DNA of 64,000 nucleotides from the NCBI GenBank assembly GCA_036405175.1, contig DASWYC010000002.1, forward strand, positions 123,429 through 187,428, given 5' to 3'. Shown in pieces: positions 56,423 to 64,000 of this stretch; position 1 is the first letter of the stretch; every line of letters begins with the position of its first letter. The stretch is from Minisyncoccota bacterium (GTDB lineage: Bacteria; Patescibacteriota; Minisyncoccia; Phycocordibacterales; UBA1006). The position numbers and the translations under genes were made by a program. Under the pieces are notes generated by a model. The model was given only the letters and a program-made list of their open reading frames with translations, had not been told where the DNA came from and made no database searches.

Positions 56423-58627
56423 TTACTTATTCCATTGAGTAATTGCTAAGAATCGAGGAAGATCATCGTTGAGTGTGCGAACATCTTTCCAAATCTTTTC
56501 AGTAATGAATGGCATAAATACATGATTCATGGTAAGGAGATTTTTAAATAAGTATGAAAGGGTATGAGAAGCAGTTTCATAATCCGCATGCTCAGTATCT
56601 GCAAGCACTGTTTTAAGCTCTTCAATAATCTTATCTGCAAAGGTGTGCCAGGTATAATGATACGCTTCTTCTGCAGCAAGATAGATTTTGTGATTCTCAA
56701 TATTTTTTCCAATAGTGTTCATCATCTCCTGTTGCTCGGCAACATAACTGCCCCAGGGTGAAGTAGAAATCACCTCCATATCGGGCTTTTGATAATATGA
56801 CAAACAGAAACGGGCAATGTTCCAGAGTTTGTTGGTGTATTTCTTGTACGCACCAACTTTATCGGTTCCAAGATTAAGATTGCTTCCTGGTGGATTTCCA
56901 ACGGTGAGTGCCATACGGAGTGCATCAATTCCATGAGTTTTACGAATTTCAAGCGGATCAATACCATTGCCGAGTGATTTAGAAATCTTACGTCCTTTTT
57001 CGTCGTATACCGTTCCATGGAAATACACGGTTTTAAACGGAATCTGCCCAATCAAAGTAGTACTCATTAAAATCATACGCGCAACCCAGAAGAAAAGAAT
57101 ATCCGGACCAGTTTCAAGCATACTGGTTGGGTGATAAATTTTAAGATCATCGGTTGTGTTAGGCCATCCCAATGTTGAGAACGTCCAGAGTGCAGAAGAG
57201 AACCATGTATCAAGGGTATCTGGATCTTGTGACCACTCAGTATCAGAAGCATCAGGAGATACAAGTGAAATTTCGGTACCTTTTACTGGATGAGTCCATA
57301 CTGGAATACGGTGTCCGTAAATGATCTGACGAGAAATACACCAGTCGTGCAAGTTATTGATCCAGCTAAAATACACCGCCTCATAACGCTCAGGAACCAT
57401 AGCGATAGATTTATTATTCACCACGTGCTGCATCATACCTTTAAGCGTCACCTTGTCGCCAGAATTAATGCCATCAATTTCACTGTGCTCAAGCACAAAC
57501 TCTTTTTCAACCGCAACAAACCATTGCTTCATGATCTGTGGCTCAACCATTCCTTCAGTACGTTCAGCAGTTGCAACATTGTGAGTATAATCTTTTTCTG
57601 ACACTACTAAATTCTTTTCTTTAAGTTTTTCAATAATCTTTGCACGAGCCTCACTAATTTTCATGCCGGCAAAGTCGCCAGCAACTGGCAACAACTTTCC
57701 ATACGTATCAATAATTTGTTCTTTCTCAAGATTGTGGCGATTAGCAATTTCAAAATCTACCTTTGAGTGCCATGGGGTAATAGTCATTGCTCCGGTTCCA
57801 AATTCCATATCAATAGAGTCGTCTTTAATAACGGTTGCCGTAATAGGTCCGTTGATCCATTCACATTCAAACGTATCACCGTGATTAAACTGCGCATAAC
57901 GGGCATCATCAGGGTGTACCACAACATATTTATCGCCAAATTTAGTTTCTGGACGCACGGTTCCAATCACAAACGGACCATATTGAAGCTCATAAAACTT
58001 TGAGGTTTCTTCTTTATAAATAATCTCATCATCAGAAATTACCGTCTGACCTTTTGGATCCCAGTTCACAATGCGTTCTCCTTGGTAAATAAGTCCAAGA
58101 TTGTATAAACGTTTGAATGCTTCAACAACGGCTTCTTGGCGTGCTTCATCCAAGGTAAATGCTTCACGAGACCAATCCAAGCTTGATCCCATAGCACGGA
58201 GCTGTGATTGAATAGTTGATTTTGATTCCATTGCATATTCTTGAATCTTTGCAAACAATTCCTCGCGGGGAAGTTGGCGAGGTTTAATCCCTTTTTTTTC
58301 AAGCTCTTTTTCAACTTTTGATTGTGTTGCAATCGCGGCATGGTCCGCCCCCGGAATCCAGAGGGTTCGGTAGCCATTCATGCGATGAAAACGAGTAAAG
58401 ACATCCTCAACAGTACACATAATGGCGTGACCAGTATGAAGAATTCCGGTTACGTTTGGTGGTGGAAGTACCATAGAAAATACGGGTGCATTTTCTTCCG
58501 TAACACCATCTTTAATGTTTTGCTCAGGATTAAAAATTTGTGCAGCTTCCCACTCAGGATAGAGGACGACTTCATGCTCAACTGCATTATAGCCGCTCAA
58601 ATATTCTTGGGGTGGTTGCTGTTTCAT
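56423..58627 (-). CDS. valS: valyl-tRNA synthetase (compact, lacks C-terminal coiled coil)
   Basis: PPPNVTGILHTGHA (HIGH), WIPGADHAAIATQ, KISKSLGN (KMSKS). 734 aa. Confidence 0.85.
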   Translation of the reverse strand: MKQQPPQEYLSGYNAVEHEVVLYPEWEAAQIFNPEQNIKDGVTEENAPVFSMVLPPPNVTGILHTGHAIMCTVEDVFTRFHRMNGYRTLWIPGADHAAIATQSKVEKELEKKGIKPRQLPREELFAKIQEYAMESKSTIQSQLRAMGSSLDWSREAFTLDEARQEAVVEAFKRLYNLGLIYQGERIVNWDPKGQTVISDDEIIYKEETSKFYELQYGPFVIGTVRPETKFGDKYVVVHPDDARYAQFNHGDTFECEWINGPITATVIKDDSIDMEFGTGAMTITPWHSKVDFEIANRHNLEKEQIIDTYGKLLPVAGDFAGMKISEARAKIIEKLKEKNLVVSEKDYTHNVATAERTEGMVEPQIMKQWFVAVEKEFVLEHSEIDGINSGDKVTLKGMMQHVVNNKSIAMVPERYEAVYFSWINNLHDWCISRQIIYGHRIPVWTHPVKGTEISLVSPDASDTEWSQDPDTLDTWFSSALWTFSTLGWPNTTDDLKIYHPTSMLETGPDILFFWVARMILMSTTLIGQIPFKTVYFHGTVYDEKGRKISKSLGNGIDPLEIRKTHGIDALRMALTVGNPPGSNLNLGTDKVGAYKKYTNKLWNIARFCLSYYQKPDMEVISTSPWGSYVAEQQEMMNTIGKNIENHKIYLAAEEAYHYTWHTFADKIIEELKTVLADTEHADYETASHTLSYLFKNLLTMNHVFMPFITEKIWKDVRTLNDDLPRFLAITQWNK

Positions 58628-58713
58628 ATCTTGTCATAATACAAGAAAAATGGCGGTTTTTCAATAAATAAAAGAGGTGTTCGAGAATTAATTCTCGAAC
58701 ACCTCTTGGGACA

Positions 58714-59145
58714 TTAAGAGCGAACAAGTCGACTCATCAAACTCCCTAAAGCCATCAGCCCAATATAAATGGATAGATTAAGGCTGGGATGAGCAGGATT
58801 TATAAAGCCCATCGCACATAAAAGCAATATGCTTATCCCTACCGGGTTAGACCCAAACATTCTTAGTAGAATAAGTCCCGCCACACTATTCGTTTCTATT
58901 TCTTCATCAAGGAAAGAAGAGGTGCTTAGAAACTTTTCAGAAATTCTAATAATAAACACAATCGTAAGAAATAAGGTTATTCCAATCGAGATAATATAAG
59001 GTGTTTCCAAACCTATCTCAGCATTTCCACGCTTGAAATAATAAACCGAAACAATAGCAAACAATAAAAATCGAGCAAGCATACTACTCAATTTCACAAA
59101 AGAGCTCCCAGGGGTAATCGCAAAAGTGGTTTCGTTGTCTTCCAC
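58714..59145 (-). CDS. hypothetical small membrane protein
   Basis: 3-4 TM helices. ORF only. Confidence 0.3.
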   Translation of the reverse strand: MEDNETTFAITPGSSFVKLSSMLARFLLFAIVSVYYFKRGNAEIGLETPYIISIGITLFLTIVFIIRISEKFLSTSSFLDEEIETNSVAGLILLRMFGSNPVGISILLLCAMGFINPAHPSLNLSIYIGLMALGSLMSRLVRS

Positions 59146-59230
59146 TGCATTGAGGTTAATAAGTTAAAGGTATATTTATCGAACTATACAACACTTTGTA
59201 TAGAATGTATAGTGCAAAACTTTCCGAGGT

Positions 59231-60409
59231 TTAAATTGAAAGATTTCCTTGTGCCGTAAGTGTGTTTGGCTCAATCGGCTCATTTAAGAGTGAGGCAATT
59301 CCAATCATTACCGCGTTATCTGTGGCGAGGAGTTTTTCTGGGAAGGTAACAGACAAGCCTGGATAAAACTCATCAATAAACTTTTGAATCTTCTGACGCA
59401 AACGGGTGCTTGCTGCAACACCACCGGCAACAACTAATGAATTCACTTCATGTGCTGAAAAAATCTTTGCTAATTTATTGAGCACCGTATCAAATGCAGC
59501 TTCACTAAACTCGTACGCAATTAATCCAGGATCAGCGTTAGGGTGTTTTTCAAGATGATATTTCACCGATGTTTTTAATCCAGAATATGAGACATTAAAA
59601 TCTGGCGTGTGCGTCATACTGCGCGGAAAGAGCTCAGCTTTTGGCTCGCCGTTATTATTCATATATATAGTTGCAAGTTTTTCAATCTCCGGACCACCAG
59701 GATAGGGAAGACCAAGCATGCGTGCCACTTTATCAAAACTTTCACCAAGTGCATCATCAACCGTTGCGCCAAGTTTGGTGCGTCTATCTGCAGTGGTGTA
59801 AATAAATTCCGTATGACCACCAGATACTAAGAGGGCAAGTTGCGGAAGCTCCGGTGTTGCAAGCGTAAAAGTAGTACCTGTTGAATTCACAGACAGCATA
59901 TGTCCAATCATATGATTCACGGGCACTACGGGAATATTCCAAATCGTTCCCAAGACTTTTGCCGTGTTTACACCAACCCAAAGAGCCGGGTTTAATCCCG
60001 GACCAACCGTTACCGCAATATGTGAGAGCATTGGCTTTGGGGTTGATTCAATAAATTCAATAATCATTGGAGCAAAACCCTCCTCGTGAGCAAGTGTAGT
60101 TTTAACGTATTCTTTTTGTTCATCTGTAAGTGTAATAGTTGGACCATAAAAATCATCAAGCTCTTCCAGTGTCTCAAGGGTTTCTCTTAGGATCGGTAAA
60201 ATATTTTTGATATGCTCGCGCTTTGCCATGTTGGGATACACGCCACCGTATGCTCTGTGGACTTCAATCTGCGACTGAATTTTGTGACTCAAAATATCAC
60301 CAGAAAAACTGCCGTCATCAGCGCGCGTAGTCGAAAGGAGAGCAATTGCAGTCTCATCACAACTGGTTTCCATGGCCAAAATATATGAGTTGATTTGCAT
60401 AAATTTCAT
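59231..60409 (-). CDS. tsaD: tRNA N6-adenosine threonylcarbamoyltransferase TsaD (Kae1/YgjD family)
   Basis: METSCDETAIAL N-terminal motif, HMIGHM metal-binding His pair, GGVAAS C-terminal motif. Contains an internal ~50-aa insertion. Confidence 0.8.
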   Translation of the reverse strand: MKFMQINSYILAMETSCDETAIALLSTTRADDGSFSGDILSHKIQSQIEVHRAYGGVYPNMAKREHIKNILPILRETLETLEELDDFYGPTITLTDEQKEYVKTTLAHEEGFAPMIIEFIESTPKPMLSHIAVTVGPGLNPALWVGVNTAKVLGTIWNIPVVPVNHMIGHMLSVNSTGTTFTLATPELPQLALLVSGGHTEFIYTTADRRTKLGATVDDALGESFDKVARMLGLPYPGGPEIEKLATIYMNNNGEPKAELFPRSMTHTPDFNVSYSGLKTSVKYHLEKHPNADPGLIAYEFSEAAFDTVLNKLAKIFSAHEVNSLVVAGGVAASTRLRQKIQKFIDEFYPGLSVTFPEKLLATDNAVMIGIASLLNEPIEPNTLTAQGNLSI

Positions 60410-60429
60410 GCTATACTATGACACATATT

Positions 60430-60504
60430 GGCCCTATCGTCTATCGGTTAGGACACAGGATTTTCATTCCTGGAAGCGGAGTTCGATTCTCCGTAGGGTC
60501 ACCA
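60430..60504 (+). tRNA. tRNA-Glu (anticodon UUC); CCA encoded
   Basis: GGCCCTA acceptor, D-arm TCGTCTATCGGTTAGGACAC (E. coli tRNA-Glu-like), anticodon stem CAGGA/TCCTG with loop TTTTCAT, T-arm CGGAG-TTCGATT-CTCCG. Confidence 0.8.
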
Positions 60505-60574
60505 AGTCGTGCTAGCTCGCTATTTTTATTCTTTTAGAATTTTTAATAAATAATATTAATGTTATAAATAAAGT

Positions 60575-61186
60575 ATGAAAACCCTTTTTCTCACCTCTGC
60601 TTTTAAAGATGTTATAGATAAATTCAAAGAAAATGTATCCGTAACTCCTGGAATGAAAGTTGCTTTTATTCCTACGGCTTCAGATACCTATGAAACAAAA
60701 CCATGGGTAGATAATGATCGACAAGCTCTCATTAATCTTGGTTTAGATGTTGAAGATTTAGACATCAAAGACAAAAACCAAGATGAGCTGTATGACTTTC
60801 TTAAAAACAAAGATATTATCTTTGTCGCAGGTGGAAATACCTTTTATCTTCTTTATTATGTAAAGCAAAGTGGTTTCTACGGTGCTCTATCAAAATTACT
60901 AGATGAAGGGAAGATATACATAGGCTCAAGTGCTGGATCGGTATTGGTTGGTCCTAATATTGAACCGGTAAAAACAATGGATGATCCTCAGGATGCACCT
61001 GAGTTGAAGTATTTTGAAGGACTAGGTTTAATCGATATGGTGCTACTTCCTCATTATGGAAAAGAGAAATACGAACAACAGTATCAGGATATTATTAAAG
61101 AGTGGTCAGATAAATTTAAACTACAACTTTTGAAAGATGATGAGGTTATTTTGGTAAAAGATGGGGAAGTTAAGATATTGGATTAG
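60575..61186 (+). CDS. peptidase S51 (dipeptidase E / cyanophycinase-like) family protein
   Basis: IIFVAGGNTFYLL and nucleophile motif IGSSAGS. ~200 aa. Confidence 0.55.
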   Translation: MKTLFLTSAFKDVIDKFKENVSVTPGMKVAFIPTASDTYETKPWVDNDRQALINLGLDVEDLDIKDKNQDELYDFLKNKDIIFVAGGNTFYLLYYVKQSGFYGALSKLLDEGKIYIGSSAGSVLVGPNIEPVKTMDDPQDAPELKYFEGLGLIDMVLLPHYGKEKYEQQYQDIIKEWSDKFKLQLLKDDEVILVKDGEVKILD

Positions 61187-61261
61187 AAATATTGAAACCT
61201 TATGAATCAAAAATATAACCACCTTTTTATGGGTGGTTATGTAATTAATTCTTTGTAAAAG

Positions 61262-62062
61262 CTAATCAAAAGTATGATCTTTCATAATTCTTTTGAATAG
61301 TTCTTCGCCATCGAGTGAAAATCCCCAAGCACCTTTTTCGATTAGGTGACTAACCGTAATTTCATACGGGATCATGAGTAACTTGGCGTTATACTTCCAA
61401 CCCTCCATACTCCAACAGTTAGTAAGAACATCTAAGTCTCTACCACCAACAATCAGTGCATCAGGATTCGTTCCTACTTTTTCCACTGCCTCTTCAAAGG
61501 TTTCTGTAAGGACAATACCTGCTTTGGGGTAAATATTGCGCATGTATCCTTTGATTACTTTAGGAAAAGCTCCACGACTATCTTTCATTTCTCTGAGATC
61601 TTTAAATGAGTATAGACCTTCATCTTTAACTAAGAGTAGGTAGCTGTTTAAATATTGCTCAACAATACAAATTGTCTTTGGACTCTTAATGCACCAAGGA
61701 GAGATATTTGTGAGTATTTTCTCGAAGGAGTACTTTTGAAAGATATCGCCAATTTGTTTAATCATTGCAGTATTCAATGGGGTTAGCGTTTCCAATCCAG
61801 CATCTACTGCCAGTTTGAATTCTTCTTCGACTAATTTCCCAAGCTGTGCACCTCTTAAACATTTGAAGTCAGAAAAGTAGAGCGTTGGGCCTTTAGTAGA
61901 AAGTAGAAGCTGTCGTAGTGGTTCTACCATTTCATCAAGAAGAGTTTCTTCCGGGAAGATAAGCTTTGTAACTTGAACATCTTTAGGAACGAAGGCTAAT
62001 ACTTCATGAGCATAGCGGGTAATATTGCTATTTTCCTGATATGCAACAAATAGGTTTTTCAT
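61262..62062 (-). CDS. hypothetical protein (possible periplasmic-binding-protein-like fold, prephenate dehydratase/MqnA-like)
   Basis: Weak pattern similarity only. Confidence 0.25.
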   Translation of the reverse strand: MKNLFVAYQENSNITRYAHEVLAFVPKDVQVTKLIFPEETLLDEMVEPLRQLLLSTKGPTLYFSDFKCLRGAQLGKLVEEEFKLAVDAGLETLTPLNTAMIKQIGDIFQKYSFEKILTNISPWCIKSPKTICIVEQYLNSYLLLVKDEGLYSFKDLREMKDSRGAFPKVIKGYMRNIYPKAGIVLTETFEEAVEKVGTNPDALIVGGRDLDVLTNCWSMEGWKYNAKLLMIPYEITVSHLIEKGAWGFSLDGEELFKRIMKDHTFD

Positions 62063-62151
62063 TATATATGAGGTTTAAAGTGTTATTAAGGAGTTGATTT
62101 ACCTACATAAAATAACATATAAATATATAATGTCAATATTTATAAGGGAAT

Positions 62152-63621
62152 TCAGTCTATATTCAACCCTCGTCCTCTTGGGGCATCACCTTCATGTAAA
62201 ACAGCAGGAGAGTGTAGTAGATCCACGGCTTTTCTTGAATCTTGTACTTTTGATGCTGACCGCTCTGCTATTTCTTGTTCAAACTCATTCAACATACTTT
62301 CTCTAATCCCAACCTTTCGCCAATCTACATCACTATCACACACCACAGAAATTTTGCGTGCCAATGCAAGCGCATCAAGCAATGCCTGATTAGCTCCTTG
62401 TCCTTTAAAGGGACTCATTGGGTGAGCCGCATCACCTAGCAAGGTCACATTGCCTTTTTCACGCAACCACATGGGATCAAATAATTTACGATCATACACC
62501 GGATACCCGGTAATCTGTGAATCCAATGTTGCCGCTAAAATTTGAGGAACAGGACTGTGCCAATTGTCAAGCCGCTTCAACGCTTCTTCTTTCATCGCAC
62601 CTGCACTTTGAGCACTTACATGTTGTGCATCGTCCTCGGATAACGGAAAACTTAATTGCCACATAATCGTATCCGCATCATAGGGCATCATATAGATGCG
62701 CTCATGACCATTCACCGTTTGAAACACAGTAGCAGAATCAAGCAGTGGGCTCTCAATATTGCCAAGAGATTTCAACGGACAAATTCCCAATATCACAATA
62801 CATCCCAAATACTGTAGTGGTGTTGCGTCTTCACCAAGAGTTAGCTTGCGCACCATGCTGTAGATACCATCCGCACCAACCACCACATCCGCGTGAGTGG
62901 TTTTTTGTTGATCACCAGCTTGGAAGGTAAGTTCCATTGCACCAGTTTGAGTAGGAGAGATGTTGAGGAGTTTGTGTCCCCATTGGATTGATTCAGGAGT
63001 TTCCACTTCCTGCAGCAAGAGTGAACGCAACGTTTGCCGAGCAATATGCACATTCTTGCGACCGGTTTTTTGCACCCATGTTTTTCTCCATTTTCTGAGT
63101 CCCCATTCACCAATGATCTTTCCGTCCGGCGTATGCACTACATGGCGGGTAGAAGTAACGCCGTCATCAAGCGAGGTGATTCCTAATGCTTCAACTGCTT
63201 TGCTGGCTTGCTGGAGGGTGAGACCGTATCCCTGCGAGCGCGCATCAAAGCTTGCGTCGCGTTCATATAATGTATACGGGATGCCGCGGTGTTGGCAGGC
63301 AACGGCTAATGCTACGCCTCCAATACCGCCACCAATAATTGCTAGGGTGGGATATTTTTGAGGATTTGGTTGGATGGGCTGAGTGCTGGCGACAAGACCA
63401 GAGCCACCGCAATTGGGGCAGACATCAAGATTTCCAAGAGGAGGTTGTGGGGCAGTGGTGCCGGTATTGGCGTTGCCGTTAGCACCGCCGCGTAGTTCAT
63501 ATTTAGCGAGTTCATTCTTAAAAAGACCCCATCGTTTAGGAGAAGGACGTCTGAGGGTTTTGCCTTGGCCGTGGCAGGCGGGGCAGATGGTCCAATGTTG
63601 TTTAGCATGAGCTGATTCCAT
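62152..63621 (-). CDS. FAD-dependent monooxygenase (salicylate hydroxylase/UbiH-like) with N-terminal double CxxCxGxG zinc-ribbon; locally GC-rich
   Basis: LAIIGGGIGGVALA dinucleotide fold, GADGIYSMVRK, C-terminal DAAHPMSPFKGQGAN. N-terminal CPACHGQGK...CPNCGGSG. GC content is visibly higher than neighbours. Confidence 0.6.
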   Translation of the reverse strand: MESAHAKQHWTICPACHGQGKTLRRPSPKRWGLFKNELAKYELRGGANGNANTGTTAPQPPLGNLDVCPNCGGSGLVASTQPIQPNPQKYPTLAIIGGGIGGVALAVACQHRGIPYTLYERDASFDARSQGYGLTLQQASKAVEALGITSLDDGVTSTRHVVHTPDGKIIGEWGLRKWRKTWVQKTGRKNVHIARQTLRSLLLQEVETPESIQWGHKLLNISPTQTGAMELTFQAGDQQKTTHADVVVGADGIYSMVRKLTLGEDATPLQYLGCIVILGICPLKSLGNIESPLLDSATVFQTVNGHERIYMMPYDADTIMWQLSFPLSEDDAQHVSAQSAGAMKEEALKRLDNWHSPVPQILAATLDSQITGYPVYDRKLFDPMWLREKGNVTLLGDAAHPMSPFKGQGANQALLDALALARKISVVCDSDVDWRKVGIRESMLNEFEQEIAERSASKVQDSRKAVDLLHSPAVLHEGDAPRGRGLNID

Positions 63622-63693
63622 TTGTAAACCTACTATAGCAAAGGATTATTATCTTACAACGCATAGAATGAGACGTTATGATATATTGAATAT

Positions 63694-64000
63694 ATGAATT
63701 CTCAAAAATCTCAATTATTACGAATGGATAATATGGGTATCGTGGTGGAGTCGCTGGATACTGCAATTGTATTTTTTGAAGAACTTGGACTTATTCTTGA
63801 GGGGCGCACAATCATCGAAGGGGAATGGTCGGGGCGTGTTACCGGATTGCGTGATCAAAAAGTTGAGATAGCTATGATGGTTACTCCAGATAATCACAGT
63901 CGACTTGAACTCTCACAATTTATATCTCCTGCAATAGTTTCTGATCACCGTAATGCTCCAGTGAATGCCCTTGGGTATTTACGAGCTATGTTTACGGTGA
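63694..64000 (+). CDS. VOC/glyoxalase-family protein (3' end beyond window)
   Basis: Translation MNSQKSQLLRMDNMGIVVESLDTAIVFFEELGLIL...EIAMMV resembles the glyoxalase/bleomycin-resistance fold. Runs to the window end without a stop. Confidence 0.45.
   Translation, partial: MNSQKSQLLRMDNMGIVVESLDTAIVFFEELGLILEGRTIIEGEWSGRVTGLRDQKVEIAMMVTPDNHSRLELSQFISPAIVSDHRNAPVNALGYLRAMFTV

Noticed and set aside
1-64000. CRISPR arrays, rRNA genes, integrases/transposases, reverse transcriptases (DGR/retron)
   Set aside because: Scanned intergenic regions and ORF translations. No direct-repeat/spacer arrays, rRNA-like sequence, recombinase or RT motifs (YxDD) were found.

Overview
AT-rich (~40% GC), densely packed bacterial chromosomal window. 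The gene content looks like a small-genome, CPR/Patescibacteria-like organism (inference). It is mostly single-copy housekeeping genes: leuS, dnaE, cysS, trpS, valS, dnaB, recR, ftsZ/ftsA, mreB, ybeY, priA-like, holB-like, prfA, lepA, tsaD, trxB and r-proteins L21/L25/L31/S21. There are five tRNAs (Leu-CAA, Gln-UUG, Cys-GCA, Phe-GAA, Glu-UUC). Several envelope/surface genes are present: a DsbB/DsbA pair, an ECF sigma/anti-sigma pair next to an FN3-like protein, a lamin-tail-domain protein, a lytic transglycosylase with coiled coil, and a 1514-aa EF-hand-repeat giant protein. An N-terminal conjugative-coupling-protein-like ATPase sits at the start of the window. Many genes carry a TATACT -10 box only ~9-12 nt upstream of the ATG, indicating very short or leaderless mRNAs. 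Most notable observations: (1) a complete Nudix hydrolase domain inserted inside leucyl-tRNA synthetase; (2) a family of at least 4-5 GC-rich, hairpin-closed ~90-120-nt intergenic elements whose closing helices differ between copies while the core is conserved (candidate structured ncRNA or MITE); (3) a tRNA-Gln gene with a 23-nt hairpin inserted in its D-loop; (4) a 537-bp region upstream of leuS encoding two short promoter-to-terminator units, the second being an attenuator-like leader; (5) a PriA homolog lacking helicase P-loop motifs. No CRISPR array, rRNA or clear integrase/transposase was seen.
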